Positions 46,323 through 55,870 of a stretch of 64,000 bases of DNA are shown here, piece after piece (position 1 is the first letter of the stretch; the number at the start of each line of letters is the position of its first letter). Made by a program: the position numbers and the translations under genes. Source of the stretch: Planktothrix sp. (lineage in GTDB: Bacteria > Cyanobacteriota > Vampirovibrionia > Obscuribacterales > Obscuribacteraceae). Below the pieces are notes generated by a model. That model was given only the letters and a program-made list of their open reading frames with translations. It did not search any database and was not told the origin of the DNA. Location: NCBI GenBank assembly GCA_036703195.1, contig DATNPN010000018.1, forward strand, positions 52,631 to 116,630, written 5' to 3'.

Positions 46323-48482
46323 TTAAGCCTTGGTCTGACCCTTGTCGTCACCGGTTGCCGGTGCCGCTTCGGGAGCAGGAGCCGCAGCCGCGGGCGTTGT
46401 GGTGATGCCGCTTTCCGCAACGAGCCGGGGCAGCATCAGAGCCGCGACGAGGTTGGACATGCTTGCGCCGCCCTCTTCGCCGCCGCCATTGCCGAGGTTG
46501 ATGGCCGGGACCAGCGGGACGTGGACGTCCTTGAGCGCACGAGTGACCTCGAGACGCGCCAGGTTGTCCTTGCCGATCGCCTGAGCCTTACGCTCGTAGG
46601 CCTGACCTTCCGCTTCACCCGTCTTCAGGATGACGTCGGCTTGCGCAGTACCGGTTGCCCGGGTTGCGGTTGCCGTCGCTTCACCGACCGCGACGATTTG
46701 AGCAGCTTCACCAGCCGCGCGCTTCTTCTGGGCTTCAGCCTGGTTTTCCGCGATCTTGATCTCGGTCTCTGCCTGACGGAGCGACTTCTGCTGGTCGGCT
46801 TCTGCGCTCTTGTTCTCGTAGGCGATACGAGCGTTCTGGGCACCTTCCTTCGCCTTCCACATATCAGTTTCCTGAGATGCGAGAGACTTCTCCGACAGCA
46901 GCTTGGTGAGCTGCTCCGGCGGAATCAGATCGGTGATCAGCAGGCCGGTGACTTCGACGCGATACGGCGCCAGTTCCTTCTTCGCCGCCTCCAAAGCCTC
47001 TTCCACTTCCTTGGCCCGGTTCTGGACGTAGTTGATGGCCGGCGACTTGGTGACCTGGTTGCGGAAGATGTTCTCGACGTGCGGGTGGATGACACCAGCT
47101 TCGAGCGAATCGAGCGAACCGAGGTTGCGGATGACGAACGGAACGTCTTCCGCCAGGACGCGGTAGTTGAGCCGGACGTCGACCTTCATCTTCTGACCGT
47201 CATTCGAGTCGATCTCGAAGCGGTTGAAGTAGTTGGTGTTTTCGTCCTTCGCCTGGGGGTTCGCCCATTCGATGGTGCGAACCGTGATGGGCCACGGAAT
47301 CAGCCGTTCTGCATACCTATTGAAGGCATACCGGCCGGGAGCCAGAACCTTCTTCTGCAGACCACGCTCGCCTTCGTTGACGATGGTGACCGAGGTCACA
47401 CCGCTGTTGAGGTGCGTCTCCGCCGGATCGGTGGCGGAAGGGCTGAGAGAGCCATCAACTTCGGGCGTTGCCGTGTAACGGGGCTCGGCGCCGATGTAGC
47501 TGATGCGGGCTGCGACGAAGCCGGGCTGGACTTCGTAGAGGTCCTCGAGGACGTGGTCGAATGCCAGCGGGTTGATGTAATACACGCCGGCGCCGAGAGT
47601 GCGGTGCTGGGGACCCTGAAAACCGCCCGCGGTGATGAACTTCTGCGCGTCGCTGAAGTCGGCGGCGTCAGGGGTGACGGCGCATACTTCCTGCTTCGGC
47701 AGAGGCTGACCGATCTTGGCGACGAGGATGGCGATCTTGCCCTGCGGAACTACGAGGGCATCGACTTCCTGAACGTCGAACATCTCGCGGTTGATGTTGT
47801 AGACGCCAGGTGAGAGGACTTCGATCTGCGGACCGATTTGACCGCCCTTGACGATGAAGTTCGCCGCGTCCTGGTAGCTGTCGTGACCGTCGACCTTGCT
47901 GCCCAGAATCTGGCCGTTGAGCGGCTTGCCGTCACGCGCGGAGACGATACCGACTCGGCCGGTAGCGATGCGCGTGCGTTGCATCTCGGTGACCGTGAAC
48001 AGATCGGGGTGGATGAAGTGCGGACCAGCCGTGAGAAGACGCAGCTGCGGGCCGCGGATACCACCGTGGTCGTAGAAGCCGTCCGGATCCTGGAACTTGT
48101 TGTGGAAGTCCTGGTTGGGATCCTTGATGTTGCCGGCCGGGTCATCAGCGAACTTGCGGTCGGGAGAGAGCTGGGCGCCGTCATGCGCGACGACGAAGCC
48201 GAGTTCTTGGACGACGAAGACCGGTACCAACTTCTTCACCCTGCGCATGGGGAACGGAACGCCGTGCCAGCCTTGCTTCAGGTAATGACGGAGCGTACCC
48301 ATTTCATTGTCGCGAGCAAGAATGCGACCGGTTTCGATGGGCTTGCCTTTGAGGACGTTCTCCAGGATGGCGATTTTGCCGTCGGAGACCTTCACGAGGT
48401 ACAGCTTGAAGAACAGACCGACGAGGATGAGAAATCCTATCGTTCCGCCCACCAGACCGAGGTGATTCAGCAGAAAACTCAT
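46323..48482 (-). CDS. Flotillin-like (YqiK-type) SPFH-domain protein
   Basis: The 719-aa protein has an N-terminal TM, an SPFH domain, a long coiled-coil, and an Ala/Pro-rich C-terminus. Confidence 0.7.
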   Translation of the reverse strand: MSFLLNHLGLVGGTIGFLILVGLFFKLYLVKVSDGKIAILENVLKGKPIETGRILARDNEMGTLRHYLKQGWHGVPFPMRRVKKLVPVFVVQELGFVVAHDGAQLSPDRKFADDPAGNIKDPNQDFHNKFQDPDGFYDHGGIRGPQLRLLTAGPHFIHPDLFTVTEMQRTRIATGRVGIVSARDGKPLNGQILGSKVDGHDSYQDAANFIVKGGQIGPQIEVLSPGVYNINREMFDVQEVDALVVPQGKIAILVAKIGQPLPKQEVCAVTPDAADFSDAQKFITAGGFQGPQHRTLGAGVYYINPLAFDHVLEDLYEVQPGFVAARISYIGAEPRYTATPEVDGSLSPSATDPAETHLNSGVTSVTIVNEGERGLQKKVLAPGRYAFNRYAERLIPWPITVRTIEWANPQAKDENTNYFNRFEIDSNDGQKMKVDVRLNYRVLAEDVPFVIRNLGSLDSLEAGVIHPHVENIFRNQVTKSPAINYVQNRAKEVEEALEAAKKELAPYRVEVTGLLITDLIPPEQLTKLLSEKSLASQETDMWKAKEGAQNARIAYENKSAEADQQKSLRQAETEIKIAENQAEAQKKRAAGEAAQIVAVGEATATATRATGTAQADVILKTGEAEGQAYERKAQAIGKDNLARLEVTRALKDVHVPLVPAINLGNGGGEEGGASMSNLVAALMLPRLVAESGITTTPAAAAPAPEAAPATGDDKGQTKA

Positions 48483-49011
48483 TTAAAGCTCCTTTGTTAG
48501 ACAGTTACGGGCGTTCAGCAGACACGCCCAGATAGCAGGGCAAATCAGAAATCACGCCAACACATGCCCAGTGCGTTTGCGCTAACGATGCTGAAGCGTG
48601 ACAAGGCTCCAGTTGCCCTTCTTTCACCCACCCAGCCAAGACGAATTTCCACCCCCGCACGATTGCGAAAGTTGGAAGGAAGTTTCGTCGGAAGGAATGG
48701 TTGGTTTAGACGTTGGCTGCGGTGAGGGGAAAGTAGATTGCTCAATCAACATCGCAAACCGACAGAGTGAATGCCAAGAAAAGGTTGCGGCATAAGTAAA
48801 GTTAGCGAAGCCGGGCGGGCGCCTGTTATAGCATCATTGGCTGCATTGCGTGCCCGGCAGTAATACGTGAAAACCGCAGAGTCTGCGAGGGTTCAAGCGC
48901 TAGCGCAGCTAAATAAGCGTCCATTAATATGGTGTTTTGCGGGCGCCCACTGCCGATATCGAAACTCCGCTACCTACCGAAGCAGATGCGGCAATTCATC
49001 AAGTGGTACGC

Positions 49012-52000
49012 CTACTTCCTGAATTTGCTCGACGCCAGAATATAGCTGAGTGAGTCAGGGGTTCCGTGATCCTTCACCCAATTAAAATGGTCGGCAGCCT
49101 GATTTGGCGACCCTTCCAACTGTGCATTGAAACCAAGCCATGTGTGGGCGTCGGTGAGAAACGGATTGTTGTCGGCTGCCGCCGTCATAACATCGGATTC
49201 TGATCCGACCCGGCGCAAGAAAGAAAGCACAGGCGCCGGCCACACTTCGGTCGGCAGATGCGCGGCCGCGCTGTCCAACTGTTTGGTCGCGGCGGAGCGC
49301 TGACTGTCCAGGCCATATCCCAGCCACTCGAGGAGCGCTGCGGTGCCCGAGTTTTGAAACTTCCAGCCGCTGAGAGCAAGATATCTTTGCCCGTCACTGG
49401 CAGCCTTCTCTCCCTGCCCCAGCGCATTATAGGCGACGGATCTCTCCAGGTGTGCCATGGCGATGTGGTCTGACACTTCTGGGTCAAAGCTCTTCTGGGC
49501 GCGATCGATGTAGGCCGAATAGTCGTCGGCAGCCTGTTGAAACTTGCCGTCGTGCAGATTAGCCCGAGCCCTGAAATAGTATGGATCGAGAGCGCCTGGA
49601 CTGGCCGCTATGGCAGCGGTTTCGCTCTGCACGGCTTGAGCATACTGTTTTGCAGCCATTTGCGTTTCGCCTTGCACCTGCAAACAGTAGACGTCTCGTG
49701 GCTTCAGCTGAACGGCCTTATCTGCCAGATCCGTTGCTTGGGCGGTCTGACCAAGTGCCATCGCTGCCAGAGCCGCGGTCGCTAGTTCATGTGCATCGCT
49801 GCTCTTGCCAAATTTTTTCACTGTGGCGGCAGCAACCGATTTCAAATTATTGGCCGCCAATGCAAACTGAGGATCGATCTCCAACGCTGCCATGAAATCT
49901 CTCAGAGCTTGAGCTTTATTGCCTAATTCAGAAACGGTGAATCCTCTGTCGTTAAAACAGTCTGGACGACCCGGCATTATGCGCAACGAAGCTGAGTAGG
50001 CCCTTTCTGCTTCCGCTTTCCGGCCAAGCTTTCGCAGCGCCGTCGCCTTATCGAAGTATGTAACAGCTGAATTAGGCTGCAGCCGCAAGGCTTGGTCGGC
50101 GGCATTCACTGACGCTGTGTAATCTCCCAGTGAGAAGTAGATTGCAGAGAGGTCTCTAAACGCGTCGGCGTACGAAGGATCCAGTTGGGTGGCCTTGCGC
50201 AGATCGGGGAGCGAATTCTTGTACTGCTTCATGCGCGAGTATGCCAGTGCTCTCCCGAAGTATGCCTGTTTGTTGTTCGAGTCGCCTTTGATGATTTTGC
50301 TGTAGTCCGCAATCGCTTTGTTGTACTCCTTCAGCCATACCAGCGCCGCGGCGCGGTCCAACAGTACTTTTGCGTTGTCCGGGTCGAGACGCAAGGCGTT
50401 GTCGTAATCATCGGCTGCTTGCCTGTACTGTTGCAACGCGTAAGCGCAATTTCCCCGACTGTGATAAAGCTCCGGGTCGCTCGGGTCGGCGGCGATGGCT
50501 TCATCATAATGCTCCATCGCTTCCGTCCAGCGCCCTTGCGAACGAGCGGTGTCGGCTTGCTCGGCCGCGTTGCCGCCGGCTCCGCCAATCTTGGTGATGT
50601 CGAGACCACCCTTGCCGTGTCCCAGCATGTTGTATACGACGGCACCGGTGCCGATGCACAGTGCCACAGCGACGCAGGCGCCAATGATAAGTTTGGCCGG
50701 TCCTTTGGAAGCGCGCTTTTGCTGCGGTAAATCGGCAGCCGATCCTTCCAGCAGATGCGCATAGCGATTGGCAAGATTAGGATCGCGCGGAGCACGTGAC
50801 TCCTCCTGCGGTCTGCGAGACGGGGACGTCTCACTGCCACCGCCAGGAGTGCGAGCGGGCGGGCTCGGATCTGCCGATGGCATACTTTGACCCGTGCGCA
50901 TCAGCGGCTTTTCTGGCGCTGCCGGTATGGTCACCCGTGCTTTCTGTTGCGATGAGGTGTCCGAGTCGTCGGTTATGACCGTGTCGGAAGGAGTGTTCAT
51001 CTGCACGGGCGAGGGTACGGACGCAGACGCCGGCTCCGCCGGCGGCACGAAGTTCTGTGCTCGAGAATCCGGCATTTGAGACAGTTGAGGCTGTCCGGCG
51101 AACGAGGCGTTGCCATCCTCGTCATAAGTGGGTGCACCTGTTCCGAAAGGCGACAGATTAGCCGGCTTCACTGGAGCAGGGGGTTCGCCTGGAAGTCCGA
51201 ACGGGGAGAGGTTGGCCGCGAGCGGCTCTGGTTGTGGCGGCGGAAAAGATGGAGTGGTTGGGGGCGGCGCACTCATTTGCGGCGGAAATGGAGGCGCCGG
51301 AAACGGCGACTGACCACCGGCGAGAGGCTGCATCGGTTGGGCCGCCGGCTGATTGGTCATCGATTGCCTGGGCGTGGCAGGCTGCTGTGCCGGCAGCGAC
51401 TGCGATGTCGACGGGCGAGGTCCGAAGCGAGTGCTGGGCGATGCTCCCGTGATGCCGAAAAAGCCTGTCTCTTCAGCCAGCTTGTGAACGTCGGAGGTCG
51501 TGTTGTGGCTCGGATCGATAAATTTCGTCTCCGGCGGCAACACAGGCAAAGGGCTATTTAGATTGACGGACTTTGTGAAATCGCGGGTCGGCTTCTCTTG
51601 ATCCGGTTTTGCTTCTGCCACCTCCTGCGGTGGCGTCGTCGGAAGATTCATGGTCGCTTCGCCGCTTGACTCTTGGCTCACCGGTTCTTTGCGAGATGGC
51701 GGCAGAATCGAGCGCAAACTGGGCAATCCTGAGCGGGTGGTCTCGTTGTATTTCTCGCTTTTTGCATCCTCTTCCAGGCGAGCGAGCTTTTCATTAAAGC
51801 CGATCCCTTCCGTCGGCATCTTGATGTGCGTCTCTTGATCGCTTGCCGCAACGCCCCACTGCGCGTTTTCCGGCAGGCGAGGACGAGGACCGGTATCGGT
51901 CATGAGCTTCTCTGATGGTGGTATCGCACGTAGTGGCATTTTTGGCGTCAGGTCCGGATTGAAATCCGGATTGAGCGGCTCTCTGTCATTCACCGAACGG

Positions 52001-53937
52001 TTGGATTGAACGATTGTTATCTTGGGTTGACCCCCGCTGCTCTCGGAGTTGAACGACCCTCCCGGGTGATGTGCGTTGGGAAGTTCGGTGTGAGATTCCT
52101 GTCGTTCGCGTTCGCCGGTCTTCTGCTCCAACTGTTGCAATGCGTTTTGCGCTGGTTGATTGACCTGTGTTTTGTCGTCCTGCTCATCTTCGATGCGATA
52201 CGACCAGTCGCCAGGTATCTCTTTGTTGCGCGATCTGTCCAGCATTGATGCGGCCTGCTCGAGCTGCGAGCCGAGATTGGCCGGCTCACCTTGCGCACCT
52301 ATCTGCGTGGGCTCTCCGACGGGTTTGCCCGGGTCACCAGGCATGACCGGAGCAAAACCTGTGCCTGTGCCGAGAGCGTCCGTGACTTTGCGGTGCCGAC
52401 CAGGCTCATCCCAGGAAAGCGAATCACCTTCGAAGCGCTTTTCGATCGGCATGCTCGTCTGACTGGCTGTCGGTTCGAGCCGCTCTTGCACGCCCGGTTC
52501 GCCCCAACCGTCAACAGGTGCGAAAGCAGGCAATTCCAACGTTTTCGTCCCGACCGGGTCTTGCGGTTTGTTGCCACCAGGTATGATTTCTGGTTGAGGC
52601 GGTGCGGTCGGCGGCGAGGGCGGAGCGTACTCCCAAGCCCCTTGAGGCATTGGCGCATTAGCATTGGGCACGGGCATGCCCGGCGCCGTTTGTGCCTGTG
52701 GTGGCGCCGGCGGTTGCACTGATTGCACCCTCTGCGGCATCAGCGGCGGAGTTTGCAACTGCGGGGGAGTTTGCAGCTGCGGCGGCGCCGGCGGTTGAAC
52801 GGACTGCAACTGCGGTGGCATCAGCGGCGCTTGGGCAGTTGCAGGCTGCGGCTGCCCGGGCTGAACGATTTGCTGATTACTAAGCGGCTGCTGGGATGGC
52901 ATGCCGGCTGGGGGCTGCCCGGGCGGTGGCATGGCATTAGGCTGCTGCCAGAGTGGCGCTTGAGGCGCAGCTGCTTGGGCCCCGGGAGCAGGAAGGGGCG
53001 GTTGAAGATAGGGATTCGGAGGAGGTTGTTGTGGCTGAGCCCCGGACTGAGTCTGTCGCGGATCGGCTTGTGGGCTGGGTGAAGAGGGCCAACCAGCGTT
53101 TTGTTGTGGCTGCGGTGGCGACGCGGGCTGCTGGGGAGGCAGCGGACGAGAAGGGCCGCCCTGTGGAATTTGCGGCGGAGTGTTGGGCATCCATGCCAAT
53201 TGCTGCGCGGGAATGGCCGATTGTGTTGGAGGAGCGGGACGTGCTGGCGGCTGAGGGGGCTGGATTGATTGTTGTGGCGGCTGCAGCGGTTGCTGTTGCT
53301 GCAGCGCTTGCTGTTGTTGCAGCGGTTGCTGTTGTTGCAGCGGTTGCTGTTGCTGCAGCGGTTGCTGTTGTTGCAGCGGTTGCTGTTGTTGCAGCGGTTG
53401 CTGTTGTTGCGGCGGTTGCTGTTGCTGCAGCGGTTGCTGTTGTTGCAGCGGTTGCTGTTGTTGCAGCGCTTGCTGTTGTTGCAGCGGTTGCTGTTGCTGC
53501 AGCGCTTGCTGTTGTTGCGGTAGTGCGGGTTGATGTTGCTGCGGTATCGGTGCGGGCTGCTGCTGCTGCTGCGACGATTGCTGGGCGTTTGTGAGCGACT
53601 GTTGTACACGGTTGACTGCCCCCTTCAGGTCCGGCGTGCCGGAAAATGAGGCGGGTCGAGGCAGAGCGTCGGTCGGATTGCTGAAGCTGCCAAGCATCGG
53701 GCCGCCGTCTCGACGCATCGGAATGATTGTCGGTGGCGGCAGCTCTTCCCGATTTTCCATCGGTGGCGGTCCGGTAATAGGTTCGTCGTCCGGTGTGTTG
53801 CTGTCGTCTGAGTAGGGCATGCCGGCTTCTTCAGCAGAAAGCGGCTCGTCGCTATCGCCGAGATTGTTTTTGCCGTCGGAGCGCCTTCGCCTCCGATTTT
53901 GTGCAGCGTCGTCGTTTGCTGCCATAGTTCCGCACAC
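49012..53937 (-). CDS. Giant (1641 aa) Pro/Gln-rich low-complexity protein with one TM helix and a C-terminal TPR array
   Basis: The N-terminal about 1000 aa are P/Q-rich and include a (QQQQPL)n run. A TM helix follows (AKLIIGACVAVALCIGTGAVVYNML), then about 15 TPR-like repeats. Confidence 0.7.
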   Translation of the reverse strand: MCGTMAANDDAAQNRRRRRSDGKNNLGDSDEPLSAEEAGMPYSDDSNTPDDEPITGPPPMENREELPPPTIIPMRRDGGPMLGSFSNPTDALPRPASFSGTPDLKGAVNRVQQSLTNAQQSSQQQQQPAPIPQQHQPALPQQQQALQQQQPLQQQQALQQQQPLQQQQPLQQQQPPQQQQPLQQQQPLQQQQPLQQQQPLQQQQPLQQQQALQQQQPLQPPQQSIQPPQPPARPAPPTQSAIPAQQLAWMPNTPPQIPQGGPSRPLPPQQPASPPQPQQNAGWPSSPSPQADPRQTQSGAQPQQPPPNPYLQPPLPAPGAQAAAPQAPLWQQPNAMPPPGQPPAGMPSQQPLSNQQIVQPGQPQPATAQAPLMPPQLQSVQPPAPPQLQTPPQLQTPPLMPQRVQSVQPPAPPQAQTAPGMPVPNANAPMPQGAWEYAPPSPPTAPPQPEIIPGGNKPQDPVGTKTLELPAFAPVDGWGEPGVQERLEPTASQTSMPIEKRFEGDSLSWDEPGRHRKVTDALGTGTGFAPVMPGDPGKPVGEPTQIGAQGEPANLGSQLEQAASMLDRSRNKEIPGDWSYRIEDEQDDKTQVNQPAQNALQQLEQKTGERERQESHTELPNAHHPGGSFNSESSGGQPKITIVQSNRSVNDREPLNPDFNPDLTPKMPLRAIPPSEKLMTDTGPRPRLPENAQWGVAASDQETHIKMPTEGIGFNEKLARLEEDAKSEKYNETTRSGLPSLRSILPPSRKEPVSQESSGEATMNLPTTPPQEVAEAKPDQEKPTRDFTKSVNLNSPLPVLPPETKFIDPSHNTTSDVHKLAEETGFFGITGASPSTRFGPRPSTSQSLPAQQPATPRQSMTNQPAAQPMQPLAGGQSPFPAPPFPPQMSAPPPTTPSFPPPQPEPLAANLSPFGLPGEPPAPVKPANLSPFGTGAPTYDEDGNASFAGQPQLSQMPDSRAQNFVPPAEPASASVPSPVQMNTPSDTVITDDSDTSSQQKARVTIPAAPEKPLMRTGQSMPSADPSPPARTPGGGSETSPSRRPQEESRAPRDPNLANRYAHLLEGSAADLPQQKRASKGPAKLIIGACVAVALCIGTGAVVYNMLGHGKGGLDITKIGGAGGNAAEQADTARSQGRWTEAMEHYDEAIAADPSDPELYHSRGNCAYALQQYRQAADDYDNALRLDPDNAKVLLDRAAALVWLKEYNKAIADYSKIIKGDSNNKQAYFGRALAYSRMKQYKNSLPDLRKATQLDPSYADAFRDLSAIYFSLGDYTASVNAADQALRLQPNSAVTYFDKATALRKLGRKAEAERAYSASLRIMPGRPDCFNDRGFTVSELGNKAQALRDFMAALEIDPQFALAANNLKSVAAATVKKFGKSSDAHELATAALAAMALGQTAQATDLADKAVQLKPRDVYCLQVQGETQMAAKQYAQAVQSETAAIAASPGALDPYYFRARANLHDGKFQQAADDYSAYIDRAQKSFDPEVSDHIAMAHLERSVAYNALGQGEKAASDGQRYLALSGWKFQNSGTAALLEWLGYGLDSQRSAATKQLDSAAAHLPTEVWPAPVLSFLRRVGSESDVMTAAADNNPFLTDAHTWLGFNAQLEGSPNQAADHFNWVKDHGTPDSLSYILASSKFRK
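53279..53520. repeat. In-frame 18-bp tandem repeat array (about 13 copies of CAGCGGTTGCTGTTGTTG and variants) within the giant gene
   Basis: This is direct reading of the sequence. On the coding (minus) strand it encodes (QQQQPL)n with Ala substitutions. Confidence 0.85.
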
Positions 53938-54580
53938 TCCGGTCCCAGCAGTCTTATACCAACGGATAAGTACTAGTTAAACCAGTTAAAGGGGGCGAGC
54001 AGAAGGAATTTTTTTGGCGAGGCTGCAAAATCGAGTTATCAGACAGCGATTTGCGCACCGCGGCTGGTGGCAACGACGGCGTGAAAAGAATGGACAAGAA
54101 GTGTTGAGGAGGTGGGCCGCACGCGAGCCCGCTTGTCATGAGGCTCTTGGATGTCATGCACCGATCTCGTGTTGCTATCGAGGTTGCGCTAATTGCGGAT
54201 CTCTTATTCCGAAAGCCTCTTGGCAGGCTGGGCTGACGGTGTTTCGCTAACTGAGAAGTGCGCGCCGGTGTTCTCTTTTCTCTCTCCCCCGACGAGAGCG
54301 CGGCACAGCATCGTCTGCGTCATTGGCGAGATTTCAAGATCTGATCATTGCTTTTAGCTACACGTCGCGTTTAGTTTCTCACTGCTCTTTAGTTTCTTAA
54401 TTTCCTCCTCAAAGCTTTTATCCCGCGACCACTCTCTTTTCCCTCTCCACTCCAATCCGTCAGCGCGTTATTCGTTCTAAGAACGTGCGGAGGGTGACAC
54501 TGTATTTGGTGCGGGTGACCGTTCGCTATCTCGAATTGTTTTAAGCGCAACTAAGCGCAAATGAGATAAGGAGCTGTCTT

Positions 54581-55645
54581 ATGTCAAGACATCGCGTTGT
54601 CCCGTTCGATGATCCGTCGCTCAAGAACACCAAGCGCCGCCTTCTCGAAACGTGGCTCAAGACCATCGCCGGCTATCTCGCCATGGGTGGTCTCATCTTC
54701 GCAGCGTTAAAAATCGTCGGCGCATCGTATCACTTCCAGCTCGGTTGGGGGCTGTTCTACATCATCTTCCCCTTCGTCAGCTGGTGGTTTAGCGCCAAGA
54801 TCTCGCTGATGATGACCAAATCCGTTCCTGCCGATCCGAACATTCCGGAGCACAAGCGGCTCATCGACATCGTGCACAAGACGTGGACGAAGACCGGGTT
54901 GAAGTACGAGCCGCCCGTCTACATCTCGGATAATCCGCTGCCGAACGCCTTCGCTACCGGACCGATTCACAGCAAGGCTGTGGTGGCGGCCACGAAGGGT
55001 CTGTTCTTAATCGGGCTCACCGACCAAGAGATCGAAGCTGTCTTCTCGCACGAGTTCGGACACGTCTACCACTACGACGTGGGCATCAACTCCTTCCTGG
55101 GAATGCTCTCATCGTTCTTCTTTCTCATCGTCAACGCCGGCGTGAACGCTCTTCTGGGGTCGATCAACATCTTCCGCCGGCCGTTCAAGTTGAAGCCTCT
55201 GCGCGCCGACCGGCGTGAGCAGTACGGCTTTATCGGCAACATCATCAATTACGTCGCTTTCTACATCGTGTTTCAGCTCACCGGTCAGCTCACCAAGCTG
55301 ATTCAGATGTTCGTGGTGCGCTCGCGCGAATCCGCTGCCGACGCTTACGGTGCGTACATAACGAAAAATCCGTGCGCTCTGGCGACGGCTCTGGAGAAGC
55401 TGGTGGCGTATGTGGAAAACCATCGTCCGCAGGGACAGCAGCGTGAATTCTGGCGCGCTCTTCGTCCGATGATGACCATCGACCCGTTGTACGATGCAGT
55501 GGCTGAGGCGCCCAAGCCGCAGACGCTCTGGCAGAAAATCCGGGCTTTCTATCAGTGGCTCATGCTCACGCATCCGACGGTACCCGATCGCGTGCACCAG
55601 CTAGAACGCATGAACGGCGGAGCTTGCCCGAAGATTTCGAGCTAA
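54581..55645 (+). CDS. M48-family (HtpX-like) membrane zinc metalloprotease
   Basis: It has the HExxH motif HEFGHVYHYD and multiple TM segments. AAGGAG is the upstream ribosome-binding site. Confidence 0.75.
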   Translation: MSRHRVVPFDDPSLKNTKRRLLETWLKTIAGYLAMGGLIFAALKIVGASYHFQLGWGLFYIIFPFVSWWFSAKISLMMTKSVPADPNIPEHKRLIDIVHKTWTKTGLKYEPPVYISDNPLPNAFATGPIHSKAVVAATKGLFLIGLTDQEIEAVFSHEFGHVYHYDVGINSFLGMLSSFFFLIVNAGVNALLGSINIFRRPFKLKPLRADRREQYGFIGNIINYVAFYIVFQLTGQLTKLIQMFVVRSRESAADAYGAYITKNPCALATALEKLVAYVENHRPQGQQREFWRALRPMMTIDPLYDAVAEAPKPQTLWQKIRAFYQWLMLTHPTVPDRVHQLERMNGGACPKISS

Positions 55646-55870
55646 GCGCCGCCCAGATCAAGTCGGTAGCCGCCTGGCTGTCGTCGCCGCTTCGTTGCGC
55701 GAGCACGGGGCGGTGACGTACAGTCGGCGAATTTTTTGCGCCGACTTCGACTAACCTCTCGACAAACTCTTGTCTCAACTTCCGATGCCGAGGCTGAGCC
55801 GCTGCGCGTTCACGCAATGGTGCGCTGAACGCGACAGCTGCTAAGCATCACATCGACAGGGAAACTGAAA

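Noticed and set aside
46248-47813. 521-aa plus-strand ORF fully antisense to the flotillin gene
   Set aside because: Its composition is Arg/Leu/Gly-rich, typical of antisense frames in high-GC DNA. The opposite strand has clear SPFH/flotillin homology and a proper start context.
48483-49011. A 530-bp region between the giant gene and the flotillin gene, with several GC-rich hairpins (for example GCCGGGC…GCCCGGC around 48811-48857)
   Set aside because: It could hold an sRNA, a riboswitch-like element, or just the flotillin promoter and 5'UTR. I could not assign a family from sequence alone.
52821-53609. Three ORFs on both strands through the 18-bp repeat array: 52821..53609 minus (NSNRCNNS-repeats), 52953..53594 plus (AVAVVAA-repeats) and 53269..53523 plus (LLLLQR-repeats)
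   Set aside because: These are alternative-frame and antisense readings of the same tandem DNA repeat inside the 1641-aa gene. Their periodic low-complexity translations are an artifact of the repeat, not independent genes.
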